Source of the DNA: a virus | IMG/VR virus record: IMGVR_UViG_3300027541_000132 | Reading direction: 5' to 3' (one strand) | DNA: 64,000 bases | Shown: piece by piece, positions 29,836-39,779 of the stretch | Numbering within the stretch: position 1 is the first letter of the stretch | Layout: every line of letters begins with the position of its first letter | The notes under the pieces: model-generated | Databases searched by the model: none | Seen by the model: only the letters and a program-made list of their open reading frames with translations | Told to the model about the DNA's origin: nothing | Program-made: the position numbers and the translations under genes

Positions 29836-29848
29836 ACTTCTGCGGATA

Positions 29849-31171
29849 TCAAATTTTCTCGCCACTTTGGAACCCTCTAAAATGTAAGAAGCGCGGAAAG
29901 CGTAAAGAGTAACTTCCATCCTGGTTTTGTGTGATAGCGTCAGCACGTACCTCAACGATTTTGCCAACCACCTCTTCACGACCGGACCAATAAGCATCGC
30001 GATCAGCATCAGTAAAACCGCTACCAACATTAACAATGATATCACGTCCATCGTCTCTGCCTTCGCAAACAAAAGCGCCAAGTTTTCCGACATTTTTACC
30101 TGTTCCTTCTTCTACTGCTGTAACAGCCAATGACACTTCGATAAATGGCTTTAGTTTAAGCCAAGCCACACTACGTTTACATTCATATCCAGCATTAGGA
30201 TCTTTGATCATAATACCTTCGTAACCGCCATCGATTGCCTTTTGATTAATTTCTTTGAAACGTTTTTTACCTGCATCAGTATCGAGATCGACAAGTTCGT
30301 GTCCAACAACTGCTACATTAGGTAACGCATCTTTATGTTTCTTGTGCCAGTAGTAGACCATATCGCTACGATCCGATTGGCTTTTATCCCAAGAGCCTTG
30401 TTCAAAGTTTGACAAAGGTAGTACGTCAAACAAATTAAGTACAGCATCATCGCTTTGTACATCACTCTTGCGGTGTACCTGCTTCATCAAATCTTGGAAA
30501 CTGCTAGACATAACTTCGCCGTCTAGCACCAAATCATATGGCGGAGGATCTTGTTTAACTACTGCACTAATCTGCTCTGCTATGTGAGGAAAATTGACAA
30601 GCTCTTTGCCGTTACGACTAAACATATCAACACGCCCGTCGGCCCTGACGATAGTAATAACTCGTACTCCATCAAGTTTGACTTCGATAAGTTTCTTTCC
30701 AACCACCTTAGCCTCATGATTTGCGCTATCGTGAGCGAGCTGGCAACTAAACACAGGCACACTATAGTGAGCATATTTCTTCTCCACAACTTTGTTGATT
30801 GTTTTTTCGCTTACGCCACAACGCAAGTCTTTAATAAGGATACGACGATACCAGCCATTCCACTGTTTCTTAGTGGCTGACTTTATCATTGTTTGAATCA
30901 TATCCCTCGCTGTATTACCGGTGACATTGCGAGTGACAAAGCCAGTAATAGCGAGAGTAAAACTGCCCCAGTCTAAGCCTGGACCGTCTGCATCTGTTTT
31001 CTCTGGGATTTGTTTAAGTCCAAAGGTAATCATTGGATCTAATGCAAGACGCACACCTTCGAAGAATTCGTTGTTACCTGCCTCCGCTTGTGCAAGAATG
31101 ATTGCTTCTTTGTTCAAACGACTAGGATGATCTTCTAGTGTACTAATAACATTTTGGCATGGATCGCTCAC
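29849..31171 (-). CDS. ATP-dependent DNA ligase
   Basis: Motif I 'IEVKLDGVRVI' (KxDG adenylation lysine) plus OB-domain region. T4 gp30-like size. Confidence 0.85.
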   Translation of the reverse strand: MSDPCQNVISTLEDHPSRLNKEAIILAQAEAGNNEFFEGVRLALDPMITFGLKQIPEKTDADGPGLDWGSFTLAITGFVTRNVTGNTARDMIQTMIKSATKKQWNGWYRRILIKDLRCGVSEKTINKVVEKKYAHYSVPVFSCQLAHDSANHEAKVVGKKLIEVKLDGVRVITIVRADGRVDMFSRNGKELVNFPHIAEQISAVVKQDPPPYDLVLDGEVMSSSFQDLMKQVHRKSDVQSDDAVLNLFDVLPLSNFEQGSWDKSQSDRSDMVYYWHKKHKDALPNVAVVGHELVDLDTDAGKKRFKEINQKAIDGGYEGIMIKDPNAGYECKRSVAWLKLKPFIEVSLAVTAVEEGTGKNVGKLGAFVCEGRDDGRDIIVNVGSGFTDADRDAYWSGREEVVGKIVEVRADAITQNQDGSYSLRFPRFLHFRGFQSGEKI

Positions 31172-31203
31172 AATATCTCCTAAAATTTAACTATGCTATT
31201 ATT

Positions 31204-31917
31204 TTACTGCCAAATTAACTCTTTGTCAATTGGTTTGACATAATTTAATTGGGTTTCAATGGATTTGGTTGTGTAATTTACACCGTGTGCTTTGACTCTG
31301 GCACGTATAGTTTGAGTCTCTCCAGTCTTACCTAGTGCAGACTTATTCAAAAAGTTTACCAAATGACCGCCATCTGTGACAGCATCGTGGGCATAGCAGT
31401 TAAGTTTTTTGACATATCTAGTATTAACATATCTAATATTCAGTAAAATTGGCTCACCTACTACTCCGATATGCTCTTGTTTGGCAGTTTTGGACTCTGT
31501 GATAATACGTTTCTTTTCCATTTCTTTGAAATACAAACTAGGAACGCTGGCCAAAATACCAAAGTCTTTAAAAATTACTTCAGGTTTTTGAGTACTAGAA
31601 AACACTCGTTGCATATAGTCGTTGAGATTGTCTGCAATAACACCAAATGTCAGTCTACGATAATAATGTATAATAGCACTGGCTGTATCTGTATCTTCCT
31701 GAGTAACTTTGACCAGTACTTTATAATCTTTATTCAAGTCCGGAACCATTTGATAACTCAAATGTTCTTTGCTATTCCAGCGTTCATCGCTGTCAGGATC
31801 TGCATTGGTAAAAGCACTAACGCTGGTATAGCCTTTAGTTCTAAAAATAGCACAGGCCATAGCCAAAACATTTTCAGCAGGCCATGTACGTTCATTTAAT
31901 GGAGTAAAATCATTCAT
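31204..31917 (-). CDS. Hypothetical protein (237 aa)
   Basis: ORF-track entry. Confidence 0.45.
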   Translation of the reverse strand: MNDFTPLNERTWPAENVLAMACAIFRTKGYTSVSAFTNADPDSDERWNSKEHLSYQMVPDLNKDYKVLVKVTQEDTDTASAIIHYYRRLTFGVIADNLNDYMQRVFSSTQKPEVIFKDFGILASVPSLYFKEMEKKRIITESKTAKQEHIGVVGEPILLNIRYVNTRYVKKLNCYAHDAVTDGGHLVNFLNKSALGKTGETQTIRARVKAHGVNYTTKSIETQLNYVKPIDKELIWQ

Positions 31918-32155
31918 AATCGATCATCGTTTGTTGTTGAATAAGAATGTTTTTGCCTATTTCAAATAAGCCTACCCCGCCAATAAGGTCTTTAACGCTG
32001 GCGTGAATGTTTACTTCGCCATCTTTGTCTATACTGGCCATGACAAATTCTTCCATGCTACCTTCTTCGATACGCTTACGCACTTCTTCGATAACATCCA
32101 GCATATTTTCTTTGCGACGTTTTTCGTTGCGGTCGTTGATGTTAATTACTTCCAT
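31910..32155 (-). CDS. Hypothetical protein (81 aa)
   Basis: ORF-track entry. Confidence 0.4.
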   Translation of the reverse strand: MEVININDRNEKRRKENMLDVIEEVRKRIEEGSMEEFVMASIDKDGEVNIHASVKDLIGGVGLFEIGKNILIQQQTMIDYE

Positions 32156-32636
32156 TAGATTCTCCTTTATTACCCTTAAGATAATCTTTTTCTTTGTAAG
32201 TCTTAATCATGTGACAACGACAGCAGAGTGTTTGAATATTTTCTGCAACATCTTTACCACCATCGCTTTGACGTTCTAAGTGGTCGCCGTGCATTACACC
32301 ACGCATACAACGTAATTTATGGAACGGATCTTCGATATCGTCAAACTGCGGATCAACACGAGGATCGTATCCACACTTCTCGCACACCCACCCACGATAG
32401 AATGTGTGTGGACGATCCGCTTTGCCCATACCACCGTACTCTGTTAATTGCAGTTGGTGTTCACGACAGTAACCATCGCTACCAGGACCATCGAAGATTG
32501 TAAGGTCATTGTCACAATCTTCTAACTTACATTTGCATTGTAAGCGATATTGTTCCTTAAGGATACTCTGTCCTTTGAGTTTATCCTTATTAGGATCTCT
32601 GAGCTTGGACATATTACCACAAGTCTTTCTTAGCAA
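32142..32636 (-). CDS. HNH endonuclease
   Basis: 'CEKCGY...HGDHLERQSDGG...NIQTLCCRCH' matches the HNH ββα-metal motif with zinc-coordinating Cys pairs. Confidence 0.8.
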   Translation of the reverse strand: MLRKTCGNMSKLRDPNKDKLKGQSILKEQYRLQCKCKLEDCDNDLTIFDGPGSDGYCREHQLQLTEYGGMGKADRPHTFYRGWVCEKCGYDPRVDPQFDDIEDPFHKLRCMRGVMHGDHLERQSDGGKDVAENIQTLCCRCHMIKTYKEKDYLKGNKGESNGSN

Positions 32637-33759
32637 CAGTAAAACCGTTGTTAGCAGAATATTCTGGTGTCTTCAATTTAGTACTCTTCTTAACCTGTGC
32701 AATCAAGAACGGAATACCTGTACGCATTTCTGAAGTAAAGCCACGCAATCCTGACTCTGCGTATGACTCTGGGTTGGCCTTCTTGTACCATTCTTCATAG
32801 GCCATCTTAACCTTATCCCAGAACGGACCGTTGGGGCCAAAGTCACCATCGAAGTATTCTTTTGTAAATGCCGCAAAGTCTAGCAAGTATTTGTCATCAA
32901 CAGTAATGCCTTGTTCAAAACACAGATTAAAGTATTCGTATAACTGACGTGCTTCCTTAGGTTCTACAGGACGTTGTTGGTTTAAGTAAGTCCAGTACTG
33001 AGCAAACATACGGGTGACTTCCGGATCCTTACGAGTCTTCAGACTCTTGCTCATAAGTGTGTCAGCCAACAAACTGAACGCACCAGGTTGGTCTTCGTCA
33101 CCAAACTTGCTGTGTGTGGCAAACAAGCCAGCGGCCGCAAGATAATCGTTCTTCTTGGCTGTGTCAGTCCATTCGGTGTCATCTGCACCGTCAACCTTAG
33201 AGCCATAAACCATTTGCTTGTACTTGTCAATGAAGTCAAGTTCTTCTTTAGCATCGCCGTTTAACAAAATAAAGTTACGACGAATTTCTAATTTGTGTTT
33301 TACATTATACACAACCACTGGCACCATTGTTTGTGCTGTGCGTTCACCGAACACTTTGGTAAGAATAATGTAAAGAGTAATTGCGGTGTGCTGTCCGTCC
33401 CAGGCAATGTAATAACCAGGCTTGTCTTCGTCAATATAAACTTGAATAGCCATAGTCATTGTGCTACGGAAGTGTTGAAGAATGTTTAGAACATGTCGCA
33501 GATTAAGACTGCGTTGCATCGTGGAGTCAATTAGGATCTTGTCCATTGGCACCATGATTGCTTGGCACAACAGCAGGTCGGTAAAGGTTGTCCATTCTTT
33601 GTGACGACGTTTAAATTCGTCAACTACTCCGGTGAGTAGTCCAACAAACATAGGAGCGGTTTTGAGTGCTTCAGCCAAACGTTCTTGTAGAGTTACAAAA
33701 TGGCTATCCGATTTGAGATATTGCTCGTTGATAATCTGAGCATGGGTTTTTTGTGTCAT
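32614..33759 (-). CDS. DGQHR-like (DndB/ParB-related) domain protein (381 aa)
   Basis: The motif 'YIAWDGQHTAITLY' resembles the DGQHR signature. Confidence 0.5.
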   Translation of the reverse strand: MTQKTHAQIINEQYLKSDSHFVTLQERLAEALKTAPMFVGLLTGVVDEFKRRHKEWTTFTDLLLCQAIMVPMDKILIDSTMQRSLNLRHVLNILQHFRSTMTMAIQVYIDEDKPGYYIAWDGQHTAITLYIILTKVFGERTAQTMVPVVVYNVKHKLEIRRNFILLNGDAKEELDFIDKYKQMVYGSKVDGADDTEWTDTAKKNDYLAAAGLFATHSKFGDEDQPGAFSLLADTLMSKSLKTRKDPEVTRMFAQYWTYLNQQRPVEPKEARQLYEYFNLCFEQGITVDDKYLLDFAAFTKEYFDGDFGPNGPFWDKVKMAYEEWYKKANPESYAESGLRGFTSEMRTGIPFLIAQVKKSTKLKTPEYSANNGFTVAKKDLW

Positions 33760-33854
33760 ATAATTTCCTTTCTAGGCCTTCTCTTGGCCACCTACACACA
33801 ACATTATTATTGTGTATATGGAATATTATACAGTCAAATTATTTAAAAGTCAAG

Positions 33855-34070
33855 TCAAAGGCGGTATGTAATTCGGCCTTTGGACAAATCGTAAGGGCTC
33901 ATTTCAATCCGAACTTTGTCGCCCAAGATGATTTTGATTTTATTTTGGCGCAGTCGGCCATTAGTGTAGCAAGTAAGAACATGCCCATTTTCCAAAGTTA
34001 CCCTAAACATATTGCTAGGTAATACTTCAGAAATGGATCCTTCCATTTCTAATAAATCGCTTTTGCTCAT
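33855..34070 (-). CDS. infA: Translation initiation factor IF-1 homologue
   Basis: The 71-aa product aligns along its length with bacterial IF-1 ('[61 protein letters not shown]' against the S1-like OB fold of InfA). Confidence 0.85.
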   Translation of the reverse strand: MSKSDLLEMEGSISEVLPSNMFRVTLENGHVLTCYTNGRLRQNKIKIILGDKVRIEMSPYDLSKGRITYRL

Positions 34071-34239
34071 TCTTTAGTAAAGATCATACGACCATCGGTT
34101 ACGGAGATATGAATTTTATCTCCTTCTTTCCATCCCATTTTTTCACAGATTTCAGGAGGAATTTTGAACATGACATTATCTGGATCTCCAGGTATGTCTT
34201 CGAATATTTCCTCTACCGTGTACGTTTTTGATTCGTTCA
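34067..34239 (-). CDS. Small AbrB/MazE-like (swapped-hairpin) protein, 57 aa
   Basis: Product: [57 protein letters not shown]. '[29 protein letters not shown]' matches the SpoVT/AbrB pattern. The stop overlaps the IF-1 ATG (ATGA). Below the track's 60-aa cutoff. Confidence 0.5.
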
Positions 34240-34279
34240 TAATCCTTAGTTTATTATATTAGTTTAAAAATGTCAACTT

Positions 34280-36934
34280 TTAGTTTACCGATATATTGAC
34301 ATTTGGTGCAGGAAATATCCCCAAACGCACATTCATAGTCAGCGCCGATTGGGTGTTAATAGTTATTGGTAATGATGCGGTATTACTGCTAACCGTCATT
34401 ACTCCAGTTAATGGAACACTAACATCACCAGCCGCAAATGGATATGTTGCTACAGTAGTAGACCAACGAGCGTTAACTCCTGTATGTACATCAACTTGAT
34501 TAGGAGTGGCTTCGTAAAAGACTGCTTCGTAAACCATATTAGGTGAACCTAGTGTGCCAGATGTAGACGCTGTTCCCTCCCAGCGAACACGGAAAGTTCT
34601 GTTAGGTGCTGTGCCTTCTGCACCATAATAGATTCGTTGACAACTATTGTCTGCAGAACTTATCATTATCTTTGGATAAGGAGGGTTAGTACCATTTAAC
34701 TGACTCCAGTTTGATGAACCAGCACCAAATGTGATATATGTATTTGTTCCAATATAAATTGTATTGTATGTTGTACCACAGAATGTTACATTGAACGGCA
34801 GTGGAACAGTCCAGTATCCATCGTCTTGACTGCCAACAAAGGTCAACGCTCCAGGCACAGTAGGTGTTGAACTAGACAATGCTAGGGCACCTAATATACT
34901 ATTTGTAATAACACTACTGGAACCGTTAGGTAAACCAGTAGTTAAGAATCTATTTCCGCTGTTAGGTCTTGTATCTAAAGTTATACCAGTAACTATAGCA
35001 TCAGCAGTATAAACACCAGAGAACGCAGTAGTAGTCAATGAACCGGACGGCGCAGGCTTTGCTGTAATAATATAAGGAACCTGTGTACCATTAGCAACGT
35101 TAGTAGTAGTTAATGTTACTGTAGCAGTTTGAGTATTTGATACTGTTGAATCGTCTACTGCTAGACTAAATGTTGCGGCCTTATTATAACTGTTAAGAGT
35201 TTTCTTTCTTGGATATACTTGTCCACTGGTAGGTCTGTACCAGTTGTTTACTGTTGGGAAAGGTGTTGGATAATATCCACCGACTTCTTGACCTGGATGT
35301 CTTGTTCCTTGAAAGAACAACATCTTTCTACAACTATTTGGATTGTAAGTAAACCCAGCATCTTTACCATCAAACGTTCCGCCGTTGGTACTTAATACTG
35401 TGTCTGTACTAATTGCGGCTATTAATGCACGAGCATCTGCCTGTGTCATACGAGGATATTTTTCTGCATAACAGGCAATTACACCTACGGTATTAGGACA
35501 ACTCATACTAGTGCCAGGACACTTTTTAAAATTATTATTAATTGAGTCAGATCCGCCTAATGCAGTAACTCTTGGATCAGTAGCGGCAGTCCCATCATAC
35601 AACGATGCTCCACTATTCCAAACACTTTGAACACCAGAACCGGGTGCATATACATCAATGCGAGGACCGTAGTTACTAAATTCTGCTTTGTAGTCGCCGA
35701 CCTCAATACCAGTCGAGGCGTAGATACTAGCATTTGTTGCTTCGTTGTGTTGTCCTATTGCTCCGCTACAGATAATTTTTGTATCTTCTGTGCCACCATT
35801 TGCCGAGCCAGGACTACTACCTCGGTGAATATAGTAACTAACTCCTCCGTAGACCATATAATTGTCATAGTCAGGACCTCCAGGAACATCTATATACCAA
35901 TAACTATTTCCTGCGCTGGCTACAATGATGACGCCTTCGCTCATCGCCTCAATCATATCTATATCCGTTGCGGAACTTTGTGTTGGCAATGCCGCACCAG
36001 TACGGATCCTAAATGTGTCTAAATCTGCTGTAGTCCATCCTGTACTAGGACGATTATATGTAACACCTCTATAATACACAGAACTAATGCTAGACTCTGT
36101 AATTCCATTTAAACGATATCCCCAACTGTTATTCATAACTGTTGGATTTTTAACACCAGTCAACGGATTGATTGGTTTATTTTTATGAAATTCTCTTACA
36201 TAATCTATGCTATCGTAGAATGTAATATTATAGATATTAGCATCGCGAGCAAACCCTTGTGTGTTACCTGCACAGTTTCCAGTAGTATGTCCACCATGTT
36301 CTTGTAATCGGTAACCCGGATAACTGTATTCGCCTGCCGCACCACCAGTTACTACAGGATTGTGTTGCTCCCAGTTGTATTCAACCATTCGGCTATAACC
36401 AGTACCATCTGGATTCTGTGCATATTCGTACACAGTAGGGTACGGAGTTCCATCGTCCATAACAACTACGTCAACATTTTTACCACTGGCATCCATAATA
36501 ATAGTTGCCGCTTGATTAACTGTGCCAGTAATACCCCAATTACTAATATCTGTTTTTCTGTTTAGTCGTAACAGGCCCCAGTTGATATCGACGCTGTCGC
36601 TGGCCACACGTTTGTCAAAGTTTGAACTAGTTTGAGTAAACCCGTCACAGCCGATAACCATACCAAGATCTGTATGATTTAATTCAACAGTAAAAACTCT
36701 AGGATCGTTTCTAACCTGTGCCGCTTCGTCATAGGTCAACATATAATGTGTATTTCGACTAATAGGTCGTCTGTTAACACACTCTACCATTCGATCAGGA
36801 ATGTATAAATTTCCGCTAGGTGTTTCCATATCTTTATAAAACTCTTCCGAGTCTTTAAAGTCTTTTAAGGTAACAATGTATTCTTTAAGACTTTGATCTT
36901 CTGGATTCCCTAGATGAGGAATTGGTGTTGTCAT
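34280..36934 (-). CDS. Fibre or structural protein with subtilisin-like (S8) serine peptidase domain (884 aa)
   Basis: Catalytic-triad motifs are present: 'VVMDDGTPYP' (Asp), 'HGGHTTGNCAGN' (His) and 'GTSMSCPNTVG' (Ser). N-terminal and C-terminal regions are fibre-like. Confidence 0.75.
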   Translation of the reverse strand: MTTPIPHLGNPEDQSLKEYIVTLKDFKDSEEFYKDMETPSGNLYIPDRMVECVNRRPISRNTHYMLTYDEAAQVRNDPRVFTVELNHTDLGMVIGCDGFTQTSSNFDKRVASDSVDINWGLLRLNRKTDISNWGITGTVNQAATIIMDASGKNVDVVVMDDGTPYPTVYEYAQNPDGTGYSRMVEYNWEQHNPVVTGGAAGEYSYPGYRLQEHGGHTTGNCAGNTQGFARDANIYNITFYDSIDYVREFHKNKPINPLTGVKNPTVMNNSWGYRLNGITESSISSVYYRGVTYNRPSTGWTTADLDTFRIRTGAALPTQSSATDIDMIEAMSEGVIIVASAGNSYWYIDVPGGPDYDNYMVYGGVSYYIHRGSSPGSANGGTEDTKIICSGAIGQHNEATNASIYASTGIEVGDYKAEFSNYGPRIDVYAPGSGVQSVWNSGASLYDGTAATDPRVTALGGSDSINNNFKKCPGTSMSCPNTVGVIACYAEKYPRMTQADARALIAAISTDTVLSTNGGTFDGKDAGFTYNPNSCRKMLFFQGTRHPGQEVGGYYPTPFPTVNNWYRPTSGQVYPRKKTLNSYNKAATFSLAVDDSTVSNTQTATVTLTTTNVANGTQVPYIITAKPAPSGSLTTTAFSGVYTADAIVTGITLDTRPNSGNRFLTTGLPNGSSSVITNSILGALALSSSTPTVPGALTFVGSQDDGYWTVPLPFNVTFCGTTYNTIYIGTNTYITFGAGSSNWSQLNGTNPPYPKIMISSADNSCQRIYYGAEGTAPNRTFRVRWEGTASTSGTLGSPNMVYEAVFYEATPNQVDVHTGVNARWSTTVATYPFAAGDVSVPLTGVMTVSSNTASLPITINTQSALTMNVRLGIFPAPNVNISVN

Positions 36935-36935
36935 A

Positions 36936-39095
36936 TTATGCTTCCAATTGTAGTAGTTTTACTGTAACAGTAATAGCCGCTGTTGAGCCGCTTCTGTTAA
37001 CTACTTTAATTTGTATATCTGTAGTTGGACTAGATTCATCGTTATAGCCAAATACACCAGGAGTAAATGTTTGTGTTTGTGCTCCGGTAGTAATTACCTC
37101 AGCAATTACTCCACTACCTGGTACTGGATCATCTGTAATTGCACGACTAGCATCTGCTGTACGTGCCGCAGAAGATGTATAAACAGTTACCCAAGCCGCC
37201 GCACTAGTTTGAATACTTAATAACGCATAACCACTGAAGCCTGTAATTGTAGCATTAGCACTGGCTAAGTTTGCTATCGAAGAAGTAGTAACAGAACGTG
37301 TTGTTCTGGTCGATAGTGTACCACCGCCGCCCCCGCCACCAGTTGCATCGGTATCATTAACCCATGCACTACCATTCCATTTTAAAACTTGCCCAACACT
37401 TGGACTAGAAACAGTCACATCTGCCAGGTCATTAATACTGGCCGTAGAAATATCTGTGCCACCACCTCCGCCGCTAATTGTTGTCCATGCCAATGTTCCT
37501 GAACCGTTTGTTGCTAGAACTTGTCCACTGGTTCCGTCTGTGGCTGGGAATGTGAACCCTGGAAATCTTGTTGTGCCGTTTTCTTTGAATACCCATGTAG
37601 GCTTGGTAATATCGTTGAACGTTTGAATATAGATATCGTTCTCAGCATATAGCCCCCAACCAATAGTTGGACCTGCTAGGAATTCTTTCCAACCAACTGA
37701 TGCTTGTCCATTGGCAGCACTGCCTGCATTAATAATACCGTTGTTAGGTAGTGTTACTGAACCGTCTGTATTAAATGTAAAATCTTTAGTACCGTTTGTA
37801 GTTAATTTAACACCGGTATTATTTAAAATAATTTTATTAGTATATGCGCTATGACTTACACCCCAGTTAAGTGTAATGCTACCTGCGGTATCGGCAACAT
37901 TAATGGCAAACGGGTCGTTAGTATTTCTTGTATATCCGTCCACAGCCAATGTACCGTTGTCAAATGCAATAGTGCCACCTGCTGGTAATGTTAGAGTACC
38001 ATCGTCTCCAAATATCCAACCATGCACGGTTGCACCATAGTTACCAGTTGAAATCTTTACTGCCTTTAATCCATCGGAATCAGAATTAAAGCCAATGGTC
38101 GCCAAATCGAGACCGTTAGAAGATGTCCAGCCTACTAATATCTGAGAATTATTACCCGGTGCCGCAATATGTATTGATTCATTTAGTGCCTGAATCATCA
38201 TCGTTCCGAGACTTGGGCTATAGTCGCCTAACTTAGCAATTTTTAAATTAGTAGGAAAATCTAACGCACCGTCTGTACCAAATGACCAAGTATTAGTACT
38301 ATTAGTAATCGAAGGAGTTGTGACGTCTGCAAATTCTACGCTATCTGTTGTGTTTAAATTTTGATTAGGTGCATCTAACAAATCGTTATAACTTACACTC
38401 TGACCAATAGTTGCACTTAAAGTGGTAGCAGTTGCTTGACAGCGAACAGCGAAAGGAATCTGTTGCCAATCGGACGCTACAAAGGAGGCAAACGGATCAG
38501 TTACGCCACCGATGTAAACATACATATAATCTGTACAGATTGTAGCAACATCAACAACTCCATTGATATCGCTGTCAGAATAGTGGTTACCGCCAGTGTC
38601 TACGGTGGCGCCGCTGATATAACCATCAGCATCTAATGTTGCAGAATACGTTGCTCTGATCCATCCATAGGGAACAGTTAGTTGTGTACCACCTAATACT
38701 GCCCATGCAAAAGCATCGATTAATTTAACATTTAAAGCGTTCCCCCATGTTCTGTCTTGTACTGGACCTGCTTTGGGATAGACTTCAACTGCTTGGTGTC
38801 CAGTAGGATCATAAACACCAGGAAGAATAACCTGTCCATTAGTAGTTGCTGATAGTTTGGCATCGCCAATATACACAGATCCAGAACCAACATATAAACT
38901 GTGCCAACGATTTGTAGGGCTACCTAAGTTGTATGTTAAATCACTGTCTGGAACAATATTTTGTGATACTGCTGAAAAGTCACCTTCTGGAATTGTAGTG
39001 TACAATTCTCCGATCATTGTATCAATCTTTTTTAAGGCTGATCCTAACGGTTCTCTACTAATGCCGTCGCCTAAATTTAATGGTGTATATGCCAT
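36936..39095 (-). CDS. Tail-fibre protein (719 aa)
   Basis: N-terminus 'LNLGDGISREPLGSALKKIDTMIGELY' is a variant of the motif. Contains poly-Gly runs (GGGGGGG, GGGGG) and a β-rich sequence. Confidence 0.7.
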   Translation of the reverse strand: MAYTPLNLGDGISREPLGSALKKIDTMIGELYTTIPEGDFSAVSQNIVPDSDLTYNLGSPTNRWHSLYVGSGSVYIGDAKLSATTNGQVILPGVYDPTGHQAVEVYPKAGPVQDRTWGNALNVKLIDAFAWAVLGGTQLTVPYGWIRATYSATLDADGYISGATVDTGGNHYSDSDINGVVDVATICTDYMYVYIGGVTDPFASFVASDWQQIPFAVRCQATATTLSATIGQSVSYNDLLDAPNQNLNTTDSVEFADVTTPSITNSTNTWSFGTDGALDFPTNLKIAKLGDYSPSLGTMMIQALNESIHIAAPGNNSQILVGWTSSNGLDLATIGFNSDSDGLKAVKISTGNYGATVHGWIFGDDGTLTLPAGGTIAFDNGTLAVDGYTRNTNDPFAINVADTAGSITLNWGVSHSAYTNKIILNNTGVKLTTNGTKDFTFNTDGSVTLPNNGIINAGSAANGQASVGWKEFLAGPTIGWGLYAENDIYIQTFNDITKPTWVFKENGTTRFPGFTFPATDGTSGQVLATNGSGTLAWTTISGGGGGTDISTASINDLADVTVSSPSVGQVLKWNGSAWVNDTDATGGGGGGGTLSTRTTRSVTTSSIANLASANATITGFSGYALLSIQTSAAAWVTVYTSSAARTADASRAITDDPVPGSGVIAEVITTGAQTQTFTPGVFGYNDESSPTTDIQIKVVNRSGSTAAITVTVKLLQLEA

Positions 39096-39150
39096 GGGAA
39101 ATCCTCGCTTATCCTATATTTAGCGAGTTTTGGTATAGATACAATAGTCA

Positions 39151-39174
39151 AAAAAATACCCGCCGAAGCGGGTA
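39151..39174 (-). terminator. Rho-independent terminator
   Basis: Hairpin TACCCGC-CGAA-GCGGGTA followed (on the minus strand) by T7, immediately downstream of the stop of 39186-39779. Confidence 0.7.
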
Positions 39175-39185
39175 AAGTTTGTAGT

Positions 39186-39779
39186 TTATTCGTCTTCCCA
39201 GGGTACAGGAATCCAACCTAGTTTAAGTAAATCTGCTTCTATTTCTTCTGTAACAATGCCTTCGGGCACATATCCTGTACGCTTTTGCCATTGTTCATTA
39301 GTTTCTTTAGCATCGTACTCTTGATTAAGTCCGCCCATACCTGAACAGTACCAATCAATGTAATCACCTTCTTGACGCATATCTGCAACAATGCCGCCAG
39401 CACTACGCCAACTAGCACTCCACAAATCTTTGTCAGGATCTTGTCGCAGATAAGGAAACATTTCTTTACGAACAAAACGCATATTACACATAGCCGCATA
39501 AAGATTCTGTGCATAGGCATCGCTGTTACGAACCTTGGCTAGAATCCAATCTGTACTACGTAGGTCGTATTCTAAATTATTTTCCTGCCATTCGGGGTTA
39601 GACATGTTTTCTTCGTCTTGTTCACGAAAGGTTTTAAAAAGATTTAAGTAATCTTCTCTAGGCTCTTTACCTTCTTCCGCACAACGTTCGATATATCCGT
39701 TTAATTGAAAACTATGACGCTCTGGGCTTGAGCTTATTTTAACGTTTGTATCCGGTGAATCCGAGTTTTCTGTAGGCAT
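39186..39779 (-). CDS. Hypothetical protein (197 aa)
   Basis: ORF-track entry. Confidence 0.5.
   Translation of the reverse strand: MPTENSDSPDTNVKISSSPERHSFQLNGYIERCAEEGKEPREDYLNLFKTFREQDEENMSNPEWQENNLEYDLRSTDWILAKVRNSDAYAQNLYAAMCNMRFVRKEMFPYLRQDPDKDLWSASWRSAGGIVADMRQEGDYIDWYCSGMGGLNQEYDAKETNEQWQKRTGYVPEGIVTEEIEADLLKLGWIPVPWEDE

Noticed and set aside
29614-30093. 159-aa ORF overlapping the 3' end of DNA ligase by 245 nt
   Set aside because: The overlap is implausibly long and the N-terminal part is hydrophobic nonsense. It was trimmed to an internal Met downstream of the ligase stop, and that trimmed ORF has low confidence.
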